From: a virus | Taxonomy: Duplodnaviria; Caudoviricetes | Virus record (IMG/VR): IMGVR_UViG_3300049144_000095 | Span: 1-64,000 of that record | Length of the DNA stretch: 64,000 nt | Reading direction: 5' to 3' (one strand) | Part shown: positions 36,101-45,502 of the stretch, piece by piece | Numbering within the stretch: position 1 is the first letter of the stretch | Layout: each line of letters begins with the position of its first letter | Translations under genes and position numbers: made by a program | The notes under the pieces: model-generated | What the model saw: the letters and a program-made list of their open reading frames with translations, nothing else | Told to the model about the DNA's origin: nothing | The model's database searches: none

Positions 36101-36446
36101 GATCCATCCAGCGGACCTTCTTCAGCATCCAGCCATAGCTGGGCATAGTGAAGGAGAGGATGCGGGGTCGCGTCGCAAGGTCGACGGAACGCCGGATGTT
36201 GATGAACCGGCACCCCGGGTGCTCCACGAACACCCCCGTCTCGGGGTGCCTCAGTTCCAGTGCCACCTCGCACGGATTCTTCAGCGTATCGGCCGCTTCC
36301 GATCCGTCGGGATACGTCATGGTGAGCGAAGGCATGTCGTTGTGCGGTATGCCCGCTTCCCAGGAAAGCGGGTGCGGGAGAATGCCCTTGGACTCGCCGT
36401 CGGGAGCGTATACCCGGAAGCGGGGTATCAGGGTGTTGACGCTCAC
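33111..36446 (-). CDS. Tail tip/host-specificity protein (hub + FN3-like domains + C-terminal module)
   Basis: After Dit; GYDYEFRVQAIRESGYPSDWS FN3-like; ITANNIAAGTLTAEQIKA fibre-like repeats. Confidence 0.85.
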   Translation of the reverse strand: MSVNTLIPRFRVYAPDGESKGILPHPLSWEAGIPHNDMPSLTMTYPDGSEAADTLKNPCEVALELRHPETGVFVEHPGCRFINIRRSVDLATRPRILSFTMPSYGWMLKKVRWMDPDNPRLNKDNQVVYTVTMSAARPLVDMVVLAHARGNVPKLTIPFTPLFDSDGNGWPEVIRNVSFDYGQDAWSILDSFARQGFFDWRMNKRALECYTTEGTLARRLDTDTGVHIHGMLATSEEPVERTWEEVAGTLVAIGDNGLTAGMVVMPDNPTDYPWGKWDEAISASGVSDVQVLAQITDNLLATKYKSRTQYTKKFMWTEGAPVPLFDYRPGDWIRATSDAPTGAQKAAMRVYQITLSGEDPYGVSISLTLNDRFTDRALQTERWIARSTNGGGPVSGGGTGAGSGKPSQPVSSAKPAKPTLSSVTNDPYFSSIGDPVSMADVAFTVVTKDIFGKNIDVARYNVSARRSDFNWSQAFTVVVAQPDSPSSGQIIHGKIPRLDSGYDYEFRVQAIRESGYPSDWSSSITRRMDYSTAALNNPSAPVLSTKLSTVKAEWDGKDSAGGTYPAQFREIQVEVSRDQTNWFHAGDIFSPGSSIIMSGKGGTPTWNVGDTVYVRFKVMNSAAVISGISNVSQIVVQGVTGPDIAANSITANNIAAGTLTAEQIKAHSLSVQSLAVGDSSNLMVDPTFTSGPLNDARLAMAVASSAGGVTWTYPGTGSVKLTNVNSVNAFNRFGFSNNTQLFVRLQTFPGDTLTTPELAWPVTRPGGTDGVLTGNYKARMVVTVSGIPAGGLGSGIITVSMLARQYQRTGVSLSTSGVLTGDYTFTQNGTYTIESAAGYPLLNGVVGIIPYIYARFENGVPPGVALEFSQIEVWQESSVFIGNGMIKTPLLAANAVTTDVLNADAITAKHSIRSAYYEMKSQSSGATTIQITENGNYNGQAGIRFEGLTPSTGLPPRIFQVDNAGTGGWDPKGLVLSAPEATANSSGRVDIQLAYGVTKTTISRFWGSETISQQGIFWDNATSRFRIGGMFNTGHSSNDMMRLDRMAFQNGTYAYGVVTTRKYYPLLTPNGGNTPVTSSIVSFPKGTEGGFQWASSAGTTEVFFVAFCGTP

Positions 36447-36447
36447 T

Positions 36448-37287
36448 TCACACCACCGCGTAACTGGATCGCACTAGCACTCCGTTGTTGCCGCCCACTG
36501 TCGAGACAGTAAACGTACCGGACCTGTTTCCGAAGGGGCCAGATCCACGAGAAGTGAACGTCAACGGACCGTTCCCCCTGAACTCCAGGGCGCCCGTCAC
36601 GTTGGTTCCGGTGGTGAATGAGAAGTCCGACGTCGTTTTCAGGCGAGCCCTCATGTAACGTGGATCGATCAGAAGCCACTGACCGGAGCCGACAGTCGAG
36701 GATCCGTCACCCCAGAAAATGACGGTTCCTGACGTGTTGTCGGTGACCGTCAGAGATGTTGCGGGCCCCGTGAGCAGCAGCAGTGCGTCTGCAATGGGGA
36801 CGGTCGAAGCGACGGCGTTGGGCAGGGTGGACGCCCCGTTGAAGAACGCCTGGTCGGTCTGCGGCCCTCGCCATGCACCCCCCGGGATGTTGAAGATGAT
36901 CGTCGCGTCCGCCCGGTCGGAAGGGCACGAGAAGTCGGGGGTGTTCATGGAGGCGAGCTGCGCCTGCGCCGTCTCTTCGATGCTCCCCCGCACCCGGGTG
37001 AGGGTGATGGGCTGGTTGGTGCCCATACCCAGTAGGCCCATCAGTGTGTTCCAGCGCGACGCCAGCCCCTCGGGGGTCCTGTCCACCACCCTGATCTTCA
37101 GGGAGACCGTGATCTGGGACAGCGGGTCGTTCCACATGGGGATCGCGTAGTGCACGCTCGGGATCTCGACCACGGCTCTGCGTGGCGCCAGGGCGGGCGC
37201 GTACTCAGTGCCGTCCAGCAGGTACATGCCTGAGGTGACGGCCTTGCCGCCGATGGTGAATCCGTTGATCTTGTACGCAGTGGCCAC
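36448..37287 (-). CDS. Distal tail (Dit-like) minor tail protein
   Basis: Directly after tape measure; beta-rich. Confidence 0.75.
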   Translation of the reverse strand: MATAYKINGFTIGGKAVTSGMYLLDGTEYAPALAPRRAVVEIPSVHYAIPMWNDPLSQITVSLKIRVVDRTPEGLASRWNTLMGLLGMGTNQPITLTRVRGSIEETAQAQLASMNTPDFSCPSDRADATIIFNIPGGAWRGPQTDQAFFNGASTLPNAVASTVPIADALLLLTGPATSLTVTDNTSGTVIFWGDGSSTVGSGQWLLIDPRYMRARLKTTSDFSFTTGTNVTGALEFRGNGPLTFTSRGSGPFGNRSGTFTVSTVGGNNGVLVRSSYAVV

Positions 37288-37290
37288 CTG

Positions 37291-40200
37291 TCACACTCCA
37301 CTGATGGTCGCCGCGTAGGCCAGCGACCGGTTGATCGTCACCGACGTCGGCTCGGCCTGCGGGTACTGATTGTTGATGTTGAAGACGGTCGTGGCCCCGG
37401 CCTGCGGCGTGGCCATGCGGGCGATCGACACGGAGATGGACTCGGGAGGCGTGCGGGCCATCATGCCCGCCCCGAGCATCGTGGTGCCGGAATCCCCCTG
37501 GGTGACCCGGACCTGCTTCGAGCCCCCGGTCAGGCCTGCGTCGTACAGCCGCTTGGCCACGCCGGAGAAGCCCCGGCCGCCGCTACGATTGATGACCTCC
37601 AGCAGGGCGCCGAAGCGCTTGGCGGCTGCCGCGTTAACGACGAACTCTCCATTGGAGAGCATCATCGGAATCACGTCGGACTTCGGGCCGCCGGGTCCGT
37701 TGATCCAGCCGCCGGTCGCAGCCTGCCCCACTCGCGGCGGGCTGTTCTTCTGGTAGTAGTAGTAGCCCACCGAGACCGTTGCGGAGCGGTTGAGGGCCCG
37801 GCTGATGTTCGAGCCCGCGTTCCAGGCGGCCTGGACGATGCCGCCGAGCTGCCCCTTGAAGCCGCCCACGTTGGCCAGGGTGACGGTGCCTTTGGGGCTG
37901 AGCTTGCCCCGGTTCGCGTCGGCGACGGCTCGCTTCAGGGCTTCCAGCAGGGCGGTGAACTCGGAGGTCGACAGCTTGCCGTCGCCGTTCACGTCGAACT
38001 TCCCGGCCGCCTCGTCCCCGAGGATCAGCTTGGCCAGCGATTCGATCTGTGCACGGTAGTTGGCGTCGTTGAGCTGCGCCTTGCCCTTGGGGTTGAGCAA
38101 CCCGGCACCTTCCGAAGAGGCAAGGAACTGTGTCAAGGCGAGAACCTTGGCCCGGTACTCTTCGTCGGAGAGCTTGCCCTTACCTTTGGCGTCGAGCTTG
38201 CCTTCGGCTGACAGGCTCTGCACGGTCTGGGTTAGCTGAGCGAGCTGTGTCTGGAACAGCAGGGAGTCCAGAGCGGCCTTGCCCTTGGGGTCGAGCTTGC
38301 CCGACGCCTCGGCCTCCTGTACGACGGCCGCCAACTTCTCGACGTCCCCCTGCGCCTTGATGATGTCGATGGCGACCTTGGGGCTGATCTTCTTGGAGCC
38401 GACCAGGTCGATGTACAGGCTCAGATCCTGAAGCGACTTGAAGGCCTTGGCGTCGTTGGCCGAGATGTCGATCTTTACGCCCTTGAGCCCGTTGAGTTGG
38501 GTGAGCAGTTTCTGGTACTGGTTCGACACGTCGGCGAAGTCCTGCGACGTCTTGGCCTTGTCGATCACATTGCCGAAGATGTCGGCGATGATCGTCTTGG
38601 TCTGGAGGGTCGCGTTCTGGATCTTGCCGGAGTTCTGGATGATGGCCGCAGCCAGCTCGCTGGTCGCATCCCCGCCGATCTCGGCCAGGCGGGGCCCCAG
38701 CTTCTCCAGCTCCTTGGCGGAGAGATTGGCGAGCTGAGCCACAGCGGGTGCCGCCTCAGGTCCGAGCTTACGGAACTGCTCGGCGATCTCCGGGCCGAGC
38801 GTGGTCGATATCTTGATCAGGTTGGCGGACCAGTCGCGCTGCGCTTTGGCGATCTTCTCCAGCTCACGAAGGTACGCATCCAGGCCGCCCTTGCTGGACA
38901 GGTTGAACTTGTCCATCGCATCCTTGGCGCCCGAGAAGGCGCTCTTCGCCGCCTTCTTGAAGGCATCGAGCGGCGTACCGAACTTCTCGAACTGCTGACC
39001 GAGATCGGTGATGGCCTGCTGAGCCGAGTCGGCGTCGGTATCGAGATCTTCCAGGGCCTCCCTGGTCAGCTTGATCTTGCCACTCGCCGACGAGGCCGAC
39101 GCCCCCGTACCGTCCAGGGCATCACTCAGCAGCTTCTTCGCCACCGCCGACTTGGTGGCTTCACTGGACTCCGATGCGACGACCGTACGAAGCGCCTCAA
39201 GGAAGTTCTTGAGCCGGATGGCCGCAGCCGCCTGGTCGTTGATCTCCTTGGCGTACGCGCCATTGACGTTCGGCGCATAGTTGTCGGCTGTCTTGCTGAC
39301 TTCCCGGATCGCCGTATCCAGGTCCGTCAAGGCCCCCTTGGGGTCATTCAGCGACCTGGACAGCACATCGCCGACATTCAGTCCGGAGTCGGCGAGCTGA
39401 TCCAGGGCGTCCTTGCTGATCTTGCTGTTGTCGGCCAGCTTCGACTGTGCGAGAGCCGCCTGCGCGGTGTCGAGCAGCCACTGCTTCACGTTGTCGCCGA
39501 TGGCCACGGTGTTCTCACCAAGGGCTCTCGTCGACTCGTGAACTGCTCCGCTGGCAGCATTGATCTCGCGCAGGTACCGGCGGGCTGCCTCCGCGCCTAT
39601 GTCATGGCCGTTGGCCTGCTTTTGCAGTTCACCTTCCTGGCCCTTGACGGCTTCGATCGCGGTCTTCGTGGCCTGAGCCGAAGACCTGGCGTGCTCCGCC
39701 GCCCGCTGATCTGCGGCGGAGAGGTCGTTCTTCGCGGTGGTGACCGTGCGGTAGACGCCGATGGAGTTCAAAGCGTCCTGGTTACCACTGCGCACGATCT
39801 CGTTGTACTTCTGGATGCCGCCAGCCGCCTTGACTGCCGCATCCGTGTCCGCCTTGATGGCGTTGGCCAGTGCAGTCGTACCCCCCGTGGCATTCATGGC
39901 GGCACTGGAGATCTTCTCCGCTTCGCTGCGGAAGTCGACCATCTGACCGATCATCGGTCCGAGCAGGATTGCCGCAGCTCCGATTGCCATGCCCCAGGGG
40001 CCAAAGGCAAACGAGGCGATCCGCGCCGCTGTGCCCGTTCCGGCGATAGCTGTCGTGGCTCGCGCTGATGTTGTAGAGGCTGCTGTAGTGGCGGCAGCGA
40101 ACTGTGCCGTTGCGGTGGCGAGACTCCGCTGAGAGACGGCAGATGCTGCTGCAACACCTGTCTGCTGCCGCAGGGCATTGGTCGAGGCGAAGGTTCCCGA

Positions 40201-42519
40201 CGCCAGCCCGAGCTGTGCAGCGGCCGACTGCTCGGATGCCAGTGCCTGCTGTCGCATGGGTACGGCAGACAGCGATGCGGCTGTGGCCAGAGCACGCGTG
40301 GACGGCACCGATGCGGCGTTTGCGGCGGCCAGGCGCGCAGCCGAGTTGGCGGCCTGATCTGTGGCCGTAGCGAAGGCGCGGAAACCCGGCAGGGCGCTGA
40401 TGACGGCTTGGCGCTGGGCGTTCTGAGCGGCGACGGTCTGCACGGCAGCAATGGCGGCGCGCTGGTTGGTCACCATGTTCGCCTGGTAGGAGGCCGTGGC
40501 GGCGCGCATGGAGAAGCCCAGCCGTTCATTGGCCGCAGCCTGCGCGTTAGCCGCTCCGATCGCTTCGGCGGAAGTGGCATTCGCTGCGGTCAGGCCATTG
40601 CGATACAGGTCAACGGCAGTTCGCAGGCTCAAGGTGGAAACGCCGAGGTTCTGCTGTAGCTCCCGAGTCGCGATCAGGCTCTGAATGGTCTTGGCGAGGG
40701 CCACCTGGTAGACCAGCCAACCGGATGCTCCCGCCACGGCGACCGCAGTGAGGGTGCCGAAGATTGGCACGATCGGCCCTACGTGGGCAAGGGCTTCGAT
40801 CACGTTGGCCAGGCCCGATGCAATGGATCCGATCGCCTTGGCCAGGGGACCGCCGAGCGTAGCCAGCAGGGTCTGGAAAGCGTCGCCGAGGTTCTGGAGT
40901 TCGGCAGAAGTGGTGTTGTAGATGCCTCGGGACTGGCGTTGCAGTTCCGTGCCTCGCGCGAACTCGACGTTGGCCCTGTCGAAGGAGTCCCGGACGACAT
41001 CGAAGTTGTTGGCCAGACGGGAGAAGACGTCGATGTCGCGGACCGCGTTTACGCCCAGCGCCCGGAGAACGCCCTGGACGTCACCGCCGACACCGGCTGC
41101 CCGGCTCAGGCCCTGGATGAATGCGAGCAGGAAGTCACCCCGTGTCGCCGGGTTGTTGTAGAGCTTCAGCACCTCCGCGTCGGTCATGTTCATGATCTTT
41201 GCCAGCTTGGACAGCTCGGTTCCGCCCGACGAGACGGCGGTGGACAGCTCGTTGAAGACACGGGTCAGGGCGCCACGGGATAGTTCGGGACGCACCTGAA
41301 GGGTGGCCAGGGCTGCCGACAGACCAGCCGTCTCCTGGGCGGTGAGGCCGAACAGGTTGGAGACGGTGGCGATCGAGGCGTTGACGCGCAGAATCTCCTG
41401 GTCGGTCGCGGCCGACGCGGTACCCAGGGCGAGGATGGCCGAGCCGAGCTGTTCCATCTCGGAGATCGGCACGTTCTCCATCTGGGCTATTCGGCCCAGC
41501 AGGATCGTCGCCTCTTCAGAGGCGACACCCGTGGTCAGCGAGAACTTCACAATGGTGTCGGTGAAGTCTCCGAGGTTGGCGGCCGAGATGCCGATCGCAG
41601 CACCGAGCTGGCCGATGCGCGAGACTTCCTCGAAGGAGATCGGGGCATTCTGTGCGATCTCCTGGAACCGCTGAAGCAGGCCGACCGATGAGGCTTCCGC
41701 TTCACCGACAACACGAGCCACCTGGGCAAAGGCCGCTTCCTGGGAAATAGCTGCCCCGGCAAGCGCCTGTGGTACCTGGAGCAGCGTCTTGAAGAGCTGC
41801 TGGAAGGAGCTTTCAAGCTCGCCAACTGTGTTGCGCAGTGCGAAGGTTGAGGCAGAGAAGGACACGTTGGCGCTCGACGCCGACCTGGTGGCCGAGCTGA
41901 GGCGCTGCCGGGACTGCGACAGCTTCTCCTCGTTCTGCGCCATGCGGGCCGCAGACTGCGCCAGCTTCTCCCGTTGGATGGCGAGCTTCTGCTCTTCGAT
42001 CGACAGCCGCTGAGCCGTCTCGGCGGCCTTCCTCTTCGATTGTTCTTCCTTCTGCTGTGCCGAGATCGCGTTCTGCGTGATCGACGACATCTGCTTCTGC
42101 GCCGACGCCAGTGTGCGGACGGCGTTCGCCATCTTTTCGTAGACGGCGACCGTGCGCGTGATTCGCTGATATTCCTTCTCGCTCAAGCCCTGGACTTGGG
42201 CGAGCGCAGAACGGAGCGAGCCGAAGGTGCCGACAAGGGTCTTCGTGACCTGCGACTGCTTCAGCTCGCTTTTCTCAAGCTGCTGAGTGACCTGCGCGAA
42301 GTTCTTGACGACCGAGAGGGCGGAATTGTAAGCAGAAGCGGAGGTGCGGATTTTTCCGGCCAGGTCCGCGTTGACATGGGCGACCTTACCCATGACGGTG
42401 TTCAGGTTCTGGAAGACCTTCTCCATCTGGCCGCCACTCTTGGTGACGGCCTGAGCGCCCTGCGCGAACGACCGGATGTCCAGGTTGATGCGGGCTGTCG
42501 CATCGAACGAACTCGCCAC
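37291..42519 (-). CDS. Tape measure protein (1742 aa)
   Basis: TP901-like ISFEEVSRIGQLGAAIGI...LGDFT; long Ala-rich helices; C-terminal ATGGWINGPGGPKSDVIPMMLSNGEFVVNA. Confidence 0.95.
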   Translation of the reverse strand: MASSFDATARINLDIRSFAQGAQAVTKSGGQMEKVFQNLNTVMGKVAHVNADLAGKIRTSASAYNSALSVVKNFAQVTQQLEKSELKQSQVTKTLVGTFGSLRSALAQVQGLSEKEYQRITRTVAVYEKMANAVRTLASAQKQMSSITQNAISAQQKEEQSKRKAAETAQRLSIEEQKLAIQREKLAQSAARMAQNEEKLSQSRQRLSSATRSASSANVSFSASTFALRNTVGELESSFQQLFKTLLQVPQALAGAAISQEAAFAQVARVVGEAEASSVGLLQRFQEIAQNAPISFEEVSRIGQLGAAIGISAANLGDFTDTIVKFSLTTGVASEEATILLGRIAQMENVPISEMEQLGSAILALGTASAATDQEILRVNASIATVSNLFGLTAQETAGLSAALATLQVRPELSRGALTRVFNELSTAVSSGGTELSKLAKIMNMTDAEVLKLYNNPATRGDFLLAFIQGLSRAAGVGGDVQGVLRALGVNAVRDIDVFSRLANNFDVVRDSFDRANVEFARGTELQRQSRGIYNTTSAELQNLGDAFQTLLATLGGPLAKAIGSIASGLANVIEALAHVGPIVPIFGTLTAVAVAGASGWLVYQVALAKTIQSLIATRELQQNLGVSTLSLRTAVDLYRNGLTAANATSAEAIGAANAQAAANERLGFSMRAATASYQANMVTNQRAAIAAVQTVAAQNAQRQAVISALPGFRAFATATDQAANSAARLAAANAASVPSTRALATAASLSAVPMRQQALASEQSAAAQLGLASGTFASTNALRQQTGVAAASAVSQRSLATATAQFAAATTAASTTSARATTAIAGTGTAARIASFAFGPWGMAIGAAAILLGPMIGQMVDFRSEAEKISSAAMNATGGTTALANAIKADTDAAVKAAGGIQKYNEIVRSGNQDALNSIGVYRTVTTAKNDLSAADQRAAEHARSSAQATKTAIEAVKGQEGELQKQANGHDIGAEAARRYLREINAASGAVHESTRALGENTVAIGDNVKQWLLDTAQAALAQSKLADNSKISKDALDQLADSGLNVGDVLSRSLNDPKGALTDLDTAIREVSKTADNYAPNVNGAYAKEINDQAAAAIRLKNFLEALRTVVASESSEATKSAVAKKLLSDALDGTGASASSASGKIKLTREALEDLDTDADSAQQAITDLGQQFEKFGTPLDAFKKAAKSAFSGAKDAMDKFNLSSKGGLDAYLRELEKIAKAQRDWSANLIKISTTLGPEIAEQFRKLGPEAAPAVAQLANLSAKELEKLGPRLAEIGGDATSELAAAIIQNSGKIQNATLQTKTIIADIFGNVIDKAKTSQDFADVSNQYQKLLTQLNGLKGVKIDISANDAKAFKSLQDLSLYIDLVGSKKISPKVAIDIIKAQGDVEKLAAVVQEAEASGKLDPKGKAALDSLLFQTQLAQLTQTVQSLSAEGKLDAKGKGKLSDEEYRAKVLALTQFLASSEGAGLLNPKGKAQLNDANYRAQIESLAKLILGDEAAGKFDVNGDGKLSTSEFTALLEALKRAVADANRGKLSPKGTVTLANVGGFKGQLGGIVQAAWNAGSNISRALNRSATVSVGYYYYQKNSPPRVGQAATGGWINGPGGPKSDVIPMMLSNGEFVVNAAAAKRFGALLEVINRSGGRGFSGVAKRLYDAGLTGGSKQVRVTQGDSGTTMLGAGMMARTPPESISVSIARMATPQAGATTVFNINNQYPQAEPTSVTINRSLAYAATISGV

Positions 42520-42954
42520 CTAGCCCTCCGGCATGTCGTGCTGGTAGGAGTGCGAACGTGAGGGAAGCCGACGACCGTCGTTCCACACGTTGCGCGCCTT
42601 CGCAAAACGGGTCTCGCCCTTTTGCCTCGGCCGCCCACCCCGGCCTTTCTCATGGTTCTCGCGGTCTTTCTCAACCTCCGCGCAGGCGTAGCAAGTGACC
42701 GACTTGATATCGAAAACTATTTCGTTGTTGGTTGACATCCCGATCCAGGCAGGCGTCCCGCACGACTTGCAGGTCTCCTCTTCCAGGATCGTCACTGCCA
42801 TTGCCAGCTTGCGGTTCTTCTCGTCACCCCAGTCCGACGGGCGCCCGGTCAGCATCGTCAGCGGCGGCACTCCCCAGGACTTCGCCGCGTTCAGCGCCGT
42901 CCTGATCCAGGCTGACGTTTTCCACGTCAGGGCTTCCGCCAGGAAACCCGGCAT
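42520..42954 (-). CDS. Tail assembly chaperone, second (T) frame
   Basis: Overlaps G frame, abuts TMP start; CKSCG...CYAC. Confidence 0.7.
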   Translation of the reverse strand: MPGFLAEALTWKTSAWIRTALNAAKSWGVPPLTMLTGRPSDWGDEKNRKLAMAVTILEEETCKSCGTPAWIGMSTNNEIVFDIKSVTCYACAEVEKDRENHEKGRGGRPRQKGETRFAKARNVWNDGRRLPSRSHSYQHDMPEG

Positions 42955-43642
42955 CGAGCTTGTTCGCCCATTCCTGAGAAGCCGACAGCCCGGTGCCGAC
43001 GGACTCCATCAGGCGCATCAGTTCCGAGGAGATGAGCTTGCCCAGGAAGGCGTTCGCACCCTTCCGGGTCGGAGGCGGCACCTTACGGTTGTCGCGGTGC
43101 AGCACCATGCCCGAGCAGAAGTGCGCGATCTGAGCGGCCAGCATGAACCTGGTCCGGGCGGTGATGTGGTCGAGGTCATCCTCCTTGACACCCTTGAACT
43201 TCGGGTGCTCCTTGTAGAACTCCCGTGTCGCGTCACGGGTGACCGTCCCCAGCTCCTCCGGCGTCTTGACCTGGAAGGTGAGCGTGACAGCCGACTTGAA
43301 GATCTGGTCCTGAAGCTGGTCACGCCAGGCTTCCAGCTCCTTGACCCGCATGCCGAGAGCGTCGCGTCGCTCCACCAGGCCATCCAGCTCGGTGTCCACG
43401 AACGCGCTGGCCGACTGCTGGTTGCGTATCTCGATGCGCTTCTCCAGGCCGGTGACCTCTTGGGCCACCTCCTCCAGCTCCTCCAGCACGCGGGCGAGTT
43501 CCGCACCGCTTCGCTGGTCGAGATAGGCCGTGTGCTTGAACTCGGGGAAAGTCGACTCCCCCTCCAGCCACGCCTCGAAATCGAAGTTGTCCGGGCCGGG
43601 CTCCGGGGCGCCCGACTCGGTGGCGATGTCCTGCTCGGTCAT
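42824..43642 (-). CDS. Tail assembly chaperone (G frame)
   Basis: Between tail tube and TMP; helical, acidic. Confidence 0.75.
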   Translation of the reverse strand: MTEQDIATESGAPEPGPDNFDFEAWLEGESTFPEFKHTAYLDQRSGAELARVLEELEEVAQEVTGLEKRIEIRNQQSASAFVDTELDGLVERRDALGMRVKELEAWRDQLQDQIFKSAVTLTFQVKTPEELGTVTRDATREFYKEHPKFKGVKEDDLDHITARTRFMLAAQIAHFCSGMVLHRDNRKVPPPTRKGANAFLGKLISSELMRLMESVGTGLSASQEWANKLDAGFPGGSPDVENVSLDQDGAERGEVLGSAAADDADRAPVGLG

Positions 43643-43673
43643 GCTCGTTCCGTCCCTTGGGTTGAGCGTTTCG

Positions 43674-44240
43674 TCAGCTACCGGTGCTGCCGACCTGAAC
43701 CAGGCCCTCGGAGGACTGGCCCTGCGGGTAGAAGGTCGGCTGAAGCTGAAGCGGAGCGGTGGCGTCGTTGACGACGTTCGGGTCACCCGAGAGGAACTTG
43801 AAGATCGTGACCCAGTCGTTGTTGGCCGCCTGCGGATCCCTCACCGGGTGCTTCGAAATCCGCTGTACGAGGTAGCCCGACCGCAGGGGCTTCTTGAACA
43901 GCCTCATCACGTCGTTGTAGATCGACGGGTCGAGCTTGTTCGGGTCGCGGTCCAGGAAGACGCTGAGCTGTCCCTCGTAGTTCTTGGCGGTCGGTGTCGC
44001 CACGTTCGAGTCGTCGCAGAGACCTCGGGTGTCATCCGTGTCGCGGTCCGTCCAGCCGAGCGTGATGTCGGTGGTCAGTGCGCACGAAATGTTCAGCCCG
44101 GCGTTGATCTCTGCGGCGGTCGGGTGGTCGAGGTCCGCAAACCCCTGACCGTACGTGCCTTCGTAACCCTCGGACGTCTGGTCCGACTCGTCCACCCACC
44201 AGATGGTAAGACTCGGTGGTAGACTTTTGACTGCTGCCAT
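43674..44240 (-). CDS. Major tail (tube) protein
   Basis: PTAAEINAGLNISCALT...GLCD...GYLVQR...WVTIF; strong codon bias; ends GSTGS. Confidence 0.85.
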   Translation of the reverse strand: MAAVKSLPPSLTIWWVDESDQTSEGYEGTYGQGFADLDHPTAAEINAGLNISCALTTDITLGWTDRDTDDTRGLCDDSNVATPTAKNYEGQLSVFLDRDPNKLDPSIYNDVMRLFKKPLRSGYLVQRISKHPVRDPQAANNDWVTIFKFLSGDPNVVNDATAPLQLQPTFYPQGQSSEGLVQVGSTGS

Positions 44241-44297
44241 ATCGGTGTTTCCCTCCGGCCGGAAGGTGTGATCCTTCAGCCGGATCATAATGGGAAA

Positions 44298-44338
44298 GAC
44301 CCCCATTTGAGTGAGTGCCAGCCACTCAAATGGGGGTC
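44298..44338 (-). terminator. 16-bp hairpin terminator downstream of HNH gene
   Basis: GACCCCCATTTGAGTG/CACTCAAATGGGGGTC, then TTT on - strand. Confidence 0.75.
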
Positions 44339-44366
44339 CAGGGAAGCGGGTTCTGCGAGTTCGTCG

Positions 44367-45392
44367 TCAATTCCGTGTCTGGGTATGGCTATTCATCCAG
44401 CGGATGATTTCCTCTCGAATGAAGAGAGATGGCTTGCCGACCCTGACTGGCCGAGGGAAGTCGGCCTTGCGCTTCCTGTAGGTCGGCAGGTAGGTACGTT
44501 CGATGCCGAGGATGTCGGCAACCTCGCCTGACGTGATGCAGCCCTCGCGCTTCACCCCAGGCGCTACCTCGACAGCCTCTCCTCCAGCACGTCTTGCATA
44601 GTTCCTCGCCGACTTTGCGTTCACGCAGATCCGGCACCGACGAACGTAGGAGACTTTGCCGTTCCGGGTGCGCTTCTCCAGGATGAGGTTGTCACCTTCG
44701 AGCTTGTGTCCGTCATCGCATCCATCGCGCTCGGCCTGATACTGACCCCGGCCTCGCACCCCCGTCTTTGGCTTATACGCCTCACGTCGGGCCGCCTTTA
44801 CCTCAGGACGTGCGTGGTACTCGCGGTTGTACGTCTGGCTGTAGGCTCGCTCGCAGGTCAAGCAGGTTCGCCATCCACTTTCACCGATCCGCGTGTTTTC
44901 TGGCGCGAACGCGTGACCTCTGTCGCAGTGCGTCTTCCGAGCGTTCTGAGCGGTGGGGCTGACGCCGCGCAGTGTGTTGACCTTCTGTGAAACTTGCTCC
45001 AGGTGCTCATGGTTCACACAGGGGCGAAACCGGCACAGGTGGTCGGTCTCGCGCTCAGGGTCTCGATCTCGACCGCCGACGATGACCCAGGCGTAGAGGT
45101 GCCCGAAGGCTGACCCGCCTTCAGTTTTCGACCAATCAGATCGGAACTGACTGTACCCCCAAGGGTTAAGCCCTCCGCCCCAGATGACGCAGTCCGGCTT
45201 GGCTCCGAAGATTCGCTGAACTTCCTTCGAGGGGTTCTTCAGAGTGTAGTAGTCGAACCGGGCAGCATCGCCAACTATGCGACTGCGCGGGATTCGGACG
45301 AGCTTTTTCCAGGCTACGAGATGGGCGGTGCACATTCCCCACGAAGAGGCGGCGTAAGCGCAATCACCCACCCAGCACGTCATGTTGGGCAT
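44367..45392 (-). CDS. Free-standing HNH homing endonuclease with Zn-finger repeats and C-terminal HTH
   Basis: CVIWGG..N.WGY, HLYAW, DHLCRFRPCVNHEHL..VSQKVN; THCDRGH..CLTC, CDDGH..CRIC; AlpA-like ITSGEVADILGI..FPRP. Confidence 0.9.
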   Translation of the reverse strand: MPNMTCWVGDCAYAASSWGMCTAHLVAWKKLVRIPRSRIVGDAARFDYYTLKNPSKEVQRIFGAKPDCVIWGGGLNPWGYSQFRSDWSKTEGGSAFGHLYAWVIVGGRDRDPERETDHLCRFRPCVNHEHLEQVSQKVNTLRGVSPTAQNARKTHCDRGHAFAPENTRIGESGWRTCLTCERAYSQTYNREYHARPEVKAARREAYKPKTGVRGRGQYQAERDGCDDGHKLEGDNLILEKRTRNGKVSYVRRCRICVNAKSARNYARRAGGEAVEVAPGVKREGCITSGEVADILGIERTYLPTYRKRKADFPRPVRVGKPSLFIREEIIRWMNSHTQTRN

Positions 45393-45417
45393 TTCCTCCC
45401 CCTTTCCATGAGTTTCG

Positions 45418-45447
45418 ACGCTAATGGAGAGGGGTGCCATAAGTCAA
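45418..45447 (-). promoter_or_regulatory. HrdB-type promoter TTGACT-N18-TAGCGT for the HNH gene
   Basis: Near-consensus hexamers 26 nt upstream of the ATG. Confidence 0.7.
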
Positions 45448-45502
45448 CCAATCATCACTTTCCCTTACCATTTGGTGGGTGGATGCATGTCGCCAAGCCG
45501 CT

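Noticed and set aside
33111-36446. DGR or invertible tail-fibre switching
   Set aside because: No reverse transcriptase, invertase, template repeat or inverted sites seen
44241-45502. Group I intron housing the HNH gene
   Set aside because: Flanking genes are separate and intact; no interrupted frame or intron core recognised
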